Positions 26,759 through 35,487 of a stretch of DNA of 64,000 nt are shown here, one piece after another. Within the stretch, counting starts at the first letter, position 1; the number at the start of each line of letters is the position of its first letter. Location: the NCBI GenBank assembly GCA_027319905.1, contig DAHVMJ010000001.1, forward strand, positions 32,001 through 96,000, given 5' to 3'. Under the pieces are notes generated by a model. The model did not search any database. It saw only the letters and a list, made by a program, of their open reading frames with translations, and was not told the origin of the DNA. The translations under genes were made by a program, and so were the position numbers. The DNA is from Candidatus Micrarchaeota archaeon (GTDB taxonomy: Archaea; Micrarchaeota; Micrarchaeia; Micrarchaeales; CABMGC01).

Positions 26759-28228
26759 TCAGGAGAGCAGGTTGTTGAGTTGCGGATACTGCTCGAGCGC
26801 GTGCTCCTGCTCAAGCTGCTGGTAGACCATGTACATTATCCCGACGGTAAGCAGGATGCCCATTCCTGTTCCTACAGCGCCGGTGAGTGTGGCGAGCGCC
26901 GCAAGCAGCGCAACGAATACGCTGCCCAGCACGGTTATCGTGGGTATGTATTTGTTGAGTATGCTCTCCACTATGCGCGGATCCCTCCTGAATCCCGGTA
27001 CCTGCCAACCCACATCCTCGAGTTGCTCGGCCACATGCTTGGGGCTCTGGCCGGTCATCTCTATCCAGAACCTTCCGAACACGACCGCGAGCACCACGAG
27101 CACCAGCGTGTATATTATTATGTGCACGTACTCGGGTACGGCGACGATGCCGCCCCACGGCAGGTAGAGCTGGCTGGTCCCGGTTGCGAGGTAGGAGAAG
27201 TAGGCGCTGTATCCGCCTATGCCTCCGTAGGTGGTGGAGTAGGGGAGCGGAAAGTTGGGGGATATCAGGTAGATGAGCCCGCCCACCAGGTTGAGCGATG
27301 ATGCGCCTGTAGCTGAAGGTGCGACCTGGTAAAGGGCTATGAACTTTGCAAGGTTGGCGAACGAGCCGGTTACTCCGGCGAAGAACCTGAACCATACGGT
27401 CATGCTCAGCTCGAACGATGTGGCGAGTATCACCGGAAGCACGCTGACGTAGAGGAAGGGTATCGGCAGCCTGCCGCCTATGCCCCTGAGCTGGCTGAAG
27501 ACGAGCGGTATCTCAACCTTCATGTCGTATGCGTAGATGCTCACGAGAAAGACTATTATCGCGAAGAAGAGCGGGCCGAACGCGAGAATCGCATTTGGAA
27601 TAGCAGTGGCGCCTCCGCTCTGTATGGCCTGTATCGCCTCGCCGAGCAGGATAGTGCTCGTTCCCGCGATTATAGCGTATGCAACCCCTCCGGCTATGAA
27701 GAGGTTTATGCCTGAGGTTATGCCCCACTTTGTCATCGCCTCATCGAGGAAGATTATGAATATGGCGCTTATAGCCAGCTGGAAGACCACCACGCCTATG
27801 TACGCGTTGCTTACCAGGGGAACATAGCCTGTTGCGACGAAGATGTATGCCTCGACGATCGCTATGGCCATGGCCGCCAGCTTCTGTATTGCCTGGAACC
27901 TGCCCTTCTGCTCTGGGTCATTGAGGTCGATCTGGAACAGCCCGGCTCCTATTATCAGCTGCAGCACTATGCTGGAGAGCACTATGGGGCCTATGCCCAC
28001 TGTGATGAGGCTGCCTATTCGCGATGCGAAGATGACGCTGATGAGCTGTATGAGCGGCTGGTTTATCGTCGCGGTGCTCACCCCGAAGGCCGGAGTGCTG
28101 AACATCATGAAGTAGACGCCCATTATTATAGCGGTCCACTTGAGTTTCTGCCTGAATGATAGTGGAGACTCGGGTTTGCCTATGCCGGGCACGTATTTCA
28201 ATATGGAATCGAGGAAAGCCAGGTTCAT
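26759..28228 (-). CDS. secY: Preprotein translocase subunit SecY
   Basis: GSLITVGIGPIV, KWGITSGINLFI, YVSVLPVIL, VPGFRRDPR, GTGMGILLTVGI. Confidence 0.97.
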   Translation of the reverse strand: MNLAFLDSILKYVPGIGKPESPLSFRQKLKWTAIIMGVYFMMFSTPAFGVSTATINQPLIQLISVIFASRIGSLITVGIGPIVLSSIVLQLIIGAGLFQIDLNDPEQKGRFQAIQKLAAMAIAIVEAYIFVATGYVPLVSNAYIGVVVFQLAISAIFIIFLDEAMTKWGITSGINLFIAGGVAYAIIAGTSTILLGEAIQAIQSGGATAIPNAILAFGPLFFAIIVFLVSIYAYDMKVEIPLVFSQLRGIGGRLPIPFLYVSVLPVILATSFELSMTVWFRFFAGVTGSFANLAKFIALYQVAPSATGASSLNLVGGLIYLISPNFPLPYSTTYGGIGGYSAYFSYLATGTSQLYLPWGGIVAVPEYVHIIIYTLVLVVLAVVFGRFWIEMTGQSPKHVAEQLEDVGWQVPGFRRDPRIVESILNKYIPTITVLGSVFVALLAALATLTGAVGTGMGILLTVGIMYMVYQQLEQEHALEQYPQLNNLLS

Positions 28229-29239
28229 CTACGCCACTTTGTTATTGAAGCCTTCTAATACCTCCATCTTAACGTTATAAACCCCTCTGCCGCTCAGGGT
28301 TCTCGACACCTTCACGTTCCTTCCGTATGCTCCCTTTACGATCCCCGACATGAACGCGGAGGTGATATCCACAAATCTTCCCAGAGAAGTCTCGGATCTG
28401 TAGGAAAGGGTGATGCTTACCCCGTGCTTCTTTGCTGAAGTCACCTTTGCGCCATCAAGGCCTACAAACAATGCGGCAAGAGCAACCTCTCGCTCCGGCC
28501 TTGGCAGATGCCCCTCTGCGGTCATCTTGCCGAGTAGGTACAGGAACTTCAGGCTCTCTGAGAAGACCGGCTCGGAGAAGAGTGGTATCGTCTCGAGCAC
28601 GTAGTAACCGTGCCAGCCGCGCTGCGTCTCTGCATGCTCAACCGCGTACCTGAGCGCGCGCAGTATGTCAGCAAACTCTAGCGAGTGGTGCAGGTCTGCA
28701 TGCAGTGAGCCCGGCTTTGCGAGGAACATGCAGTGGTTGGAACCGTTGAAGACGCACGCCGTCTCCTCAGCGATGACACTGCGCCCCGCGTGCGCTGAAA
28801 GGTAGCCTGAGATTATTCCGGATTCGAAGACGTGGAGGTTGACGCCCAGACTTTTATCCCAGTGCTTGAGAGCGCGTGAAGTGAAAGTGCTTCTTGACTC
28901 GAAGGGGTAGTACACGATTTTCCCGAGTCCCGCGTTCTCGAGAAGACGCTGCAGCGGGCCCATGCTCCCTCCTGATTTTCTGTATGCTTCTGCGCCGAGG
29001 TTGAAGCCTGACTTGAAGGCGAGGACGCGCAGCTCTGGAGCCGAGCTGTAGAATATATCTTGTATCTGCAACCCTCGCAGAGGGACGGTATGCCCAGCCT
29101 CCGTGGCTCTCTTGAGCAGGAGCTCTTCGTTGTTTCCCGAGATTGTGCGCTCTGCAGCGTGCGGAATCCGGCCGCGCTGTCTTTTCTTGGCTACTGTACG
29201 CCTCTGCACCTTTGCCGTCTTCACCTTCCTAGCCTGCAT
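28229..29239 (-). CDS. V4R-domain protein
   Basis: HVFESGIISGYLS...AEETACVFNGSNHCMF 4VR motif plus a second degenerate repeat. Start placed at ATG 29239. Confidence 0.75.
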   Translation of the reverse strand: MQARKVKTAKVQRRTVAKKRQRGRIPHAAERTISGNNEELLLKRATEAGHTVPLRGLQIQDIFYSSAPELRVLAFKSGFNLGAEAYRKSGGSMGPLQRLLENAGLGKIVYYPFESRSTFTSRALKHWDKSLGVNLHVFESGIISGYLSAHAGRSVIAEETACVFNGSNHCMFLAKPGSLHADLHHSLEFADILRALRYAVEHAETQRGWHGYYVLETIPLFSEPVFSESLKFLYLLGKMTAEGHLPRPEREVALAALFVGLDGAKVTSAKKHGVSITLSYRSETSLGRFVDITSAFMSGIVKGAYGRNVKVSRTLSGRGVYNVKMEVLEGFNNKVA

Positions 29240-29259
29240 TACAAACAACGCGAGGACGG

Positions 29260-29775
29260 CTATCTGCTTTTGTGCAAGCCGCCTATTCGGATTATCCTTC
29301 CGAGTTGATAGTATATAAATATTAGATTCGCGGCGATAAAGAGGACTACAAACCACTCCTGGTACGCGCCCAAGAACGATATCGCGCTGCTGACCTGCAG
29401 CGTGCCGAAGCCTACTGCATAAAGGACAGATGAGAAGATTGGCGCGTAGCAACTGCAACCAACCACCAGACCGCCGACCGAGGACGTGAATATGCTCAGT
29501 ATGCCGCCCTCAGCCCCGGCATATTTGATCCGCAAAGATTTGCCTACGGCGTAAATACTAGTTGTCAGCAACACTGCCGCCGTCAGTATGAGCGCATAGA
29601 CCATGTATAAGGGTACGGTGACAAGGAAGATGCCCTCGTTGCTGCTGGTTATCATATAGTGGAAGAGTTCGTAGTAGACAGCTATGGCCGCAATCCCCAC
29701 AGCGATGTAGAAGGGAGAAGAGAATATGTCTAAAAAGACCGAGCTTTTGCTTTTTTTGCCCGTTGCGCGTTGCAT
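29260..29775 (-). CDS. Membrane protein with CSC motif
   Basis: Four hydrophobic segments; GCSCYAP. Confidence 0.75.
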   Translation of the reverse strand: MQRATGKKSKSSVFLDIFSSPFYIAVGIAAIAVYYELFHYMITSSNEGIFLVTVPLYMVYALILTAAVLLTTSIYAVGKSLRIKYAGAEGGILSIFTSSVGGLVVGCSCYAPIFSSVLYAVGFGTLQVSSAISFLGAYQEWFVVLFIAANLIFIYYQLGRIIRIGGLHKSR

Positions 29776-30831
29776 TTAGAGCCCCATCTTGGTCTCGATG
29801 GCTGCGATCGAAGGTATGGCGCTGCATACGCTTGGGGTGTTGTTGAGCGTCTTGCAGATCATCGCAACGTATAGGTCTGCTGCGGCGTACTCAGACCAGG
29901 AGAACTGGTCGTTGAACTGCGAGAGCTGGTTGAGGACATCCTGGTGGGTCATATGCTGCAACGGCGCTGTGCCCTCCTTGCTTGTGTTGTTGGCGAAGAT
30001 CACCGCGTCTGCACCGCCGACCTCGTATGCACCCCATACCGTGAACGGCGTACCGGAGAAGGCCTGGGTGCTGATTATGTAGCGCATGGCATCAACATAG
30101 GCCGTATTGTTTGTCTGGTTGACCCTCTGCTGAATCGTTGAGAGGGTGTTGAGATTGAAACCGCCGGATATCGGGTTGGCATCCTCTATACTGATGAAGT
30201 TGATGAGGTTGCTCTGGTAGAAGTTGCCCAGCACGGTTGAGGATATGTTGTAGTGAGCGGGCGCCCAGTACAGTGTGGGCATGTCCCCATCGCCTATCGA
30301 GCTGTAACCTTCGAAGAGGTTGGAGAAGCTGCCGAACCTTGAGAGCGCAATTGCCATCGCCCATCTGTTCTCGCCGCAGAAGATGCAGGTTATGGAGCCA
30401 AGGTAGATCACCGTGAGCTTGCCGTTCACGATAAAGAGCGATAGCTTCTTTGTGCCTGCCCCCACGCTGTTGTTGAGTGTTCCATTGAGAAGCATCTCGC
30501 CTGCGCGCTCGAAGTACGAGTTTGGCGCGTTGTTTATAATGCCGATGTTGCTTGCGTTGAATGGCGCGTTTATGTTTGTAAGCCTCTTACCAAAGGTCTG
30601 GTTCTGGGTTATGACTGGTGCGTCAGGAAAGCTGGTCGGCGGCACAAGCAGGCTGCTGGTTATGTTGTAACCCTGCGTAACCGTGCCATTAACGGTCACG
30701 TTTCTGTATACTATCTTGACCTGCGGGTTGAGTATGACATATGAGGACATCGCTATGGCTATCAGGCCCACAACTATGGCAGCTACAAGCAACCTGTTCG
30801 TTGCCCCCTCGGTCCACTTCCTAGCTTTCAT
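29776..30831 (-). CDS. Secreted thioredoxin-fold protein, DUF929-like
   Basis: N-terminal TM, NGKLTVIYLGSITCIFCGENRWAMAIALSRFGSFSNL, C-terminal IC...PSVC. Confidence 0.8.
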   Translation of the reverse strand: MKARKWTEGATNRLLVAAIVVGLIAIAMSSYVILNPQVKIVYRNVTVNGTVTQGYNITSSLLVPPTSFPDAPVITQNQTFGKRLTNINAPFNASNIGIINNAPNSYFERAGEMLLNGTLNNSVGAGTKKLSLFIVNGKLTVIYLGSITCIFCGENRWAMAIALSRFGSFSNLFEGYSSIGDGDMPTLYWAPAHYNISSTVLGNFYQSNLINFISIEDANPISGGFNLNTLSTIQQRVNQTNNTAYVDAMRYIISTQAFSGTPFTVWGAYEVGGADAVIFANNTSKEGTAPLQHMTHQDVLNQLSQFNDQFSWSEYAAADLYVAMICKTLNNTPSVCSAIPSIAAIETKMGL

Positions 30832-30911
30832 GTAATTCGCTAACGCTCGTTTTTATCTGTAAACTGTTTGGATGGGAAAGTATATTAAAAGGCGCAGATA
30901 TAGTTTGGTGT

Positions 30912-31505
30912 TTGGGGAGAACCTTGATAGCGCAGAAGCAAACTCTGGCTAGGCAAGATCTAGAACTACCGCGCTCCGGATTCTATGGAGCGGAGAGACC
31001 ATCAACGGTTAGCAGGTACGAGGTCGCGTTCCTGACAGCCACGAGAGAACTGGGCATATGGGGGTTGAGAAACGTAAAGACAACGCTCAGCAACGGACGT
31101 TCGCTGATGTCAGACCTCACCGCAAACTGGAAGGCGGGAGACGACGACATAATAGAGTTCAACACCAGGGCAAGCGACTTCGTCCACAGGAAGTTCGTGG
31201 AGAAGATGAGGGAGATGATGCAGATACCAGGCATCTACCACATCTGGATAGGGGATGTGGAGGAGAATGAGCTGAACTTCAAACTCAGGGCGAAGGGGCT
31301 CCTGAAGAAAGAAGAGAGCACTGTGGGTGCGCTCACGGACGAATACTATCACGTGCCGATTAACGTTGACGACAGGGAACTCGTGGAGCTGATGAAGAGG
31401 GTGGTCACGACGTTCATAACCAAGCACGTGAAAGGCGGGGGCCTGAAATACATAAAAGAAGACAAGTTCCTATATGTCACAGGGATGATTGACGAAAAGC
31501 CCTGA
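30912..31505 (+). CDS. Hypothetical protein
   Basis: 197-aa ORF with genome-typical codon use. Confidence 0.65.
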   Translation: MGRTLIAQKQTLARQDLELPRSGFYGAERPSTVSRYEVAFLTATRELGIWGLRNVKTTLSNGRSLMSDLTANWKAGDDDIIEFNTRASDFVHRKFVEKMREMMQIPGIYHIWIGDVEENELNFKLRAKGLLKKEESTVGALTDEYYHVPINVDDRELVELMKRVVTTFITKHVKGGGLKYIKEDKFLYVTGMIDEKP

Positions 31506-31526
31506 GGGATATGGACGCCCCAGCAG

Positions 31527-32285
31527 ATGCAAGCGCTGACTCTAGAGAGACAGAAGGCTGAGACCCACATCGAGTTTTCTGATGCACACTGCCACCTGAA
31601 TCTGTTTGACGACCCGCTAGAAACAGCGGTGCGGGCGAGAAACAAAGGGGTTGGAACAATAATCAGCGCGGGCGGAAGCGCGAAGGACAACTTCGAGAAC
31701 GCGAGACTGGCAGAGAAGGCGGGGGTATTCGCAGTGGTGGGCATAGGACCTGATTTCTCTGCAAAAGATTCTGCCTCGGTGCTCGAGATAGAAGGCCTGA
31801 TCAGGAGCAGCAGGCACATAGTGGGCATAGGCGAGATAGGACTCGATGCGAAGGTGGCGGATACCAATAACTTAGGCGTGCAGAAGGAGATATTTGACAG
31901 GCAGCTGCAGATCGCCAGAGACCTTGACATGCCGGTGGTGCTGCACTGCAGGGGCATGCTGAACGAGGCAGCTGAGATGCTGGCAAACGCGCAAATAAGA
32001 AGGGCCGTTTTCCACTTCTTTGAAGGAGACGAGAAGCAGGCGGTTGAGCTCTCGAAAAAGGGCTATTTCATCTCGATACCGCCTGCGATGACGGGAAAAA
32101 GGAAAAGGATTATAAAGGAGGTCAGCCTAAGTAGCATTGTCGTTGAAACCGATTCGCCAATTGTTGGTGAAACGCCCGCTGATGTAATCGGGGTTTGCGA
32201 AACAATCGCAAAGCTGAAGGGCGTTTCCTTGGAAGAAGTCGCGACGAAAACAACAGAAAACATAAGAAGACTGTTTTACATATGA
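31527..32285 (+). CDS. tatD: TatD-family nuclease
   Basis: DAHCHL, GIGEIGLD, VLHCR, FHFF, VETDSP. Confidence 0.93.
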   Translation: MQALTLERQKAETHIEFSDAHCHLNLFDDPLETAVRARNKGVGTIISAGGSAKDNFENARLAEKAGVFAVVGIGPDFSAKDSASVLEIEGLIRSSRHIVGIGEIGLDAKVADTNNLGVQKEIFDRQLQIARDLDMPVVLHCRGMLNEAAEMLANAQIRRAVFHFFEGDEKQAVELSKKGYFISIPPAMTGKRKRIIKEVSLSSIVVETDSPIVGETPADVIGVCETIAKLKGVSLEEVATKTTENIRRLFYI

Positions 32286-32292
32286 CTATCCT

Positions 32293-32382
32293 GGGCTCGT
32301 AGCTCAGCTTGGATAGAGCAACAGCCTTCTATGCATGTGCAAAGCAAGCTGAAGGTCGCGGGTTCAAATCCCGCCGGGCCCG
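32293..32382 (+). tRNA. tRNA-Arg (TCT) with 15-nt intron at 37/38 (32332-32346)
   Basis: Acceptor GGGCTCG/CGGGCCC; anticodon loop CT-TCT-A[tgcatgtgcaaagca]A; T arm GCGGG-TTCAAAT-CCCGC. Confidence 0.93.
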
Positions 32383-32392
32383 TGGTGTTTAG

Positions 32393-32662
32393 ATGAAGGA
32401 AGACAAGAAGCACGAGGAAACAATCGCACAGGTAAAGCAACAGATTGACATACTGCTGAACGATAACAGCGTGCCGAGAAACGTGAAGGCGGCGCTAGAC
32501 GAGGCGAAGAAAGCCTTGTCGCAGGGCGAGGGCAACTATTCTGTAAGATCCTCAACGGCAACGTACAAGATAGACGAGGTAAGCAACGACATCAACCTGC
32601 CGCCGTACGCGCGCACGGTAATATGGAACATACTTAGCCTGCTTGAATCCGTAAAGGACTAG
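32393..32662 (+). CDS. UPF0147 family protein
   Basis: DNSVPRNVK...DEVSNDINLPPYARTVIWNILSLLE. Confidence 0.9.
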   Translation: MKEDKKHEETIAQVKQQIDILLNDNSVPRNVKAALDEAKKALSQGEGNYSVRSSTATYKIDEVSNDINLPPYARTVIWNILSLLESVKD

Positions 32663-32672
32663 TTGTGGTGGC

Positions 32673-32951
32673 ATGGGAGTTGTTTCTGAGAAAACTGACG
32701 ACTCTGAACCTGTTTCTCGCCCTATGGGTGGATTGAAACGGGGGATGCAATCTGTGTTTGAAGGGCTGAAAAGGGAGGTTGAAGAAAAAGTTGTTTACAA
32801 CGGCAGGGTCAGAGGACCTGTACTGATGGTGGCGGGGTTTGGATTGGCAGCATTCGGAATGCTAAGTCCTAATTTTGTGGTACAGAACGTATCCATACCT
32901 GCAGGAGCCATAGCGGTTATTGACGGTACCATGGACTTCGCTTTGGGCTGA
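32673..32951 (+). CDS. Small membrane protein
   Basis: 92 aa with two C-terminal hydrophobic segments. Confidence 0.55.
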   Translation: MGVVSEKTDDSEPVSRPMGGLKRGMQSVFEGLKREVEEKVVYNGRVRGPVLMVAGFGLAAFGMLSPNFVVQNVSIPAGAIAVIDGTMDFALG

Positions 32952-32956
32952 ACGAA

Positions 32957-33850
32957 CTAAGGAGGCGTATAGCCGCTCACCCACTGGTTTGTATAGCTGA
33001 CACCGCTAGGCACGCCGTTATTATTGTTCCCACTGTAGTCGTTCGCGTTGCCGTTGAGAGGCCACCAGCCCACGAGGTTATCTAGCTTTATCGGCGCACC
33101 GCCGATGCCCTCGACATAGAGCGCATTAACTTCCGAGCTTGTAAGCGAAGTGTTGTAAACCTGAATGTTAGCGATGAACCCAGTTAGGTAGGGATTTCCT
33201 CCTCCTGTGGCGATATCAAAAGACGTTTGAGAGGTCGTGCTTATCGTGTTTGCGACGCTTGCACTGTATACTCTCCCAGATAAACCAACGTATTCTATTT
33301 TGTTGGAGCCATCGTATACGTCTGCAAAGAAAGTCCAGGTATTAGGACCAGTTTGTGTTGCTGATACATCGGTACATCCCCAAGTGTCGAGAACCACACT
33401 GTATGTGGGGTTTGAGCAGCCATTACCGATCCAACCTGCAAATGCGCAGGTAGTACATGTAGTTCCATAGAAAAACAGCATCTCTCCAGAAGACGGTAAA
33501 CTTGAAGAGGTTGAAAGGAACCATCCAGTTACTGTTCTTGGATTAGCACCAGAAGGAAATGCTCCTGTGCTACTCACCACTACGTCTGCACCCCCATTGA
33601 ACTGAGCCACGTACTGCGGCAGCTCCCCACTGCACACGCCCTCGAGGTTAACGTATGTCGCCGTATTCGGTCCGTTAGGCCTCAGTACCTGGCAAGCTCC
33701 TGGCGGAGCATGTGGTGCAAACGTACCTGCATTGAACACTCCTAATTGAAAGAGCGCGCCTAGGACAACAGCTATTATGAGTATAGCCCAGCCGTAGGTC
33801 ATGAGGTACTCCATCGCCGACTGGAGCCTTTTTGAGCCGCGTGCGCGCAT
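32957..33850 (-). CDS. Pilin-like protein with class III signal and LamG/ConA domain (paralogue A)
   Basis: KRL/QSAMEYLMTYGWAILIIAVVL; IANIQVYNTSL; LVGWWPLNGNANDYSGN. Confidence 0.9.
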   Translation of the reverse strand: MRARGSKRLQSAMEYLMTYGWAILIIAVVLGALFQLGVFNAGTFAPHAPPGACQVLRPNGPNTATYVNLEGVCSGELPQYVAQFNGGADVVVSSTGAFPSGANPRTVTGWFLSTSSSLPSSGEMLFFYGTTCTTCAFAGWIGNGCSNPTYSVVLDTWGCTDVSATQTGPNTWTFFADVYDGSNKIEYVGLSGRVYSASVANTISTTSQTSFDIATGGGNPYLTGFIANIQVYNTSLTSSEVNALYVEGIGGAPIKLDNLVGWWPLNGNANDYSGNNNNGVPSGVSYTNQWVSGYTPP

Positions 33851-33975
33851 GCACTCCTATCTATTGCGCGCCTAGTTTTAATAACTTCTTTTATCTGCTG
33901 ACAAGCGCTAGCGCGTGAACATTTAAATAAGATTGATTCCAAGAAAGCTAAGCTACTTGTTTTGGGGTTTTCTGC

Positions 33976-35487
33976 TTGGGAAAGGGTACGCTGTTAGAGC
34001 TTGTGTCTAGGCTAAGCGGCAAGGTGATCATAAGCTCTGATATTACCGACGCTGACATCTCGAACAGTGATGTGGAGCCTCTTGTTGCCAGGATTGTAGA
34101 GCGTTATCAAGGTACAAGCAATAGGGTGCTTGATAGGAAGGCGCTTCAAGACGTACTTGCTGGAATGGCGGAAAGAAAAGAGCCGGTACAGATAGAGGTC
34201 ATCAGGTCCGCTGACTTCAAGCCCGCGGCGAAGGATATTGAGCCGGAGTTCAAGGCAAGGGATGTGAGGATAGAACGCACATCCTCGAATGTTAGTGACT
34301 TCGTTGACTACTTCCAGGACAGGTTCTCCAGGGTAAAGGAGATTATAAGATCGTACGGCAACGGCTTCGGGGGCATACTCGGCAGCATAGAGAGCGCGAA
34401 GCAATACATGAGCGGCAGGGACATCGCAGTAGTCGGCATGATCTATGACAAGGTAGTTACCGCGAAGGGCAACGTGATGATAACTCTTGAGGACGAGACG
34501 GGAACGGTAAAGATACTGTTCATGAAGCCGAATAGGAAGCTCAGAGACGAGCAGAACGAACTGTTCGACTCCGCGTCAAAGCTGGTGAAGGACGATGTTA
34601 TAGCGGTCAAGGGCAAGACCTGGAACTCGTTCATAATAGCGAACAGGATGCTGTGGCCAGACGTGCCGGTGCACCAGCTGAACAGGAGCGAGGAAGACGT
34701 TGGCATCGTGCTGCTTTCTGACGTACACGTGGGCCACAAGCTCTTCATGGAGAAGTCGTTCGCCAAGTTTCTCGAGTGGATAAACGGGAGCGTCGACTAC
34801 AGGAAGGACCTGGCGGCGAAGATAAAGTACCTTGTTGTCGCAGGTGATCTCGTGGATGGCATAGGCATTTACCCGGAGCAGGACAAGGAACTGATGATAG
34901 ATGACATCTACAAGCAGTATTCCGTGTTCTTCGACTTCATGGAGAGTGTGCCGGACTACATAGAGACGTTCATAATACCGGGCAACCACGACGCGGTCCA
35001 AAGAGCTGAACCGCAGCCGCAGATAGGAAACGGTTTCCTCAAAGACTTCAAGCGGGAAAACGTGCACATGATGACCAATCCCTGCTACCTGAACCTGCAC
35101 GGGGTCAAGATACTCGCATACCACGGCACCTCTCTCGATTCTGTCATAAGGGGCATACCGGGATGCAGCTACAGCTCACCCACCGACGCCATGCGTGAGA
35201 TACTCAAACGCAGGCACCTTTCTCCCATATACGGAGGCAACATAGTGGTGCCGAGCAAGAACGATGCGCTCGTGATAAACGAGGTGCCAGACATACTCCA
35301 CATGGGCCACATACACAAGAACGGCTACGATGGCTATCACGGCACGCTGCTGATAAACAGCGGCACCTGGCAGGCGAGGACGGGATACCAAATAAAGCAG
35401 GGCCATGTGCCGTCGCCCGGGCTCCTGCCAGTATACGAGGCCAACAGCGGCCGCATAAACGTCATGGACTTCAACGAACTGCAGTGA
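33976..35487 (+). CDS. polB: DNA polymerase D small subunit DP1
   Basis: OB fold (LEDETG); phosphoesterase motifs SDVHVG, AGDLVDG, PGNHD, YHG, RRHLSP, GHIH, NSGTWQ. Confidence 0.95.
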   Translation: MGKGTLLELVSRLSGKVIISSDITDADISNSDVEPLVARIVERYQGTSNRVLDRKALQDVLAGMAERKEPVQIEVIRSADFKPAAKDIEPEFKARDVRIERTSSNVSDFVDYFQDRFSRVKEIIRSYGNGFGGILGSIESAKQYMSGRDIAVVGMIYDKVVTAKGNVMITLEDETGTVKILFMKPNRKLRDEQNELFDSASKLVKDDVIAVKGKTWNSFIIANRMLWPDVPVHQLNRSEEDVGIVLLSDVHVGHKLFMEKSFAKFLEWINGSVDYRKDLAAKIKYLVVAGDLVDGIGIYPEQDKELMIDDIYKQYSVFFDFMESVPDYIETFIIPGNHDAVQRAEPQPQIGNGFLKDFKRENVHMMTNPCYLNLHGVKILAYHGTSLDSVIRGIPGCSYSSPTDAMREILKRRHLSPIYGGNIVVPSKNDALVINEVPDILHMGHIHKNGYDGYHGTLLINSGTWQARTGYQIKQGHVPSPGLLPVYEANSGRINVMDFNELQ

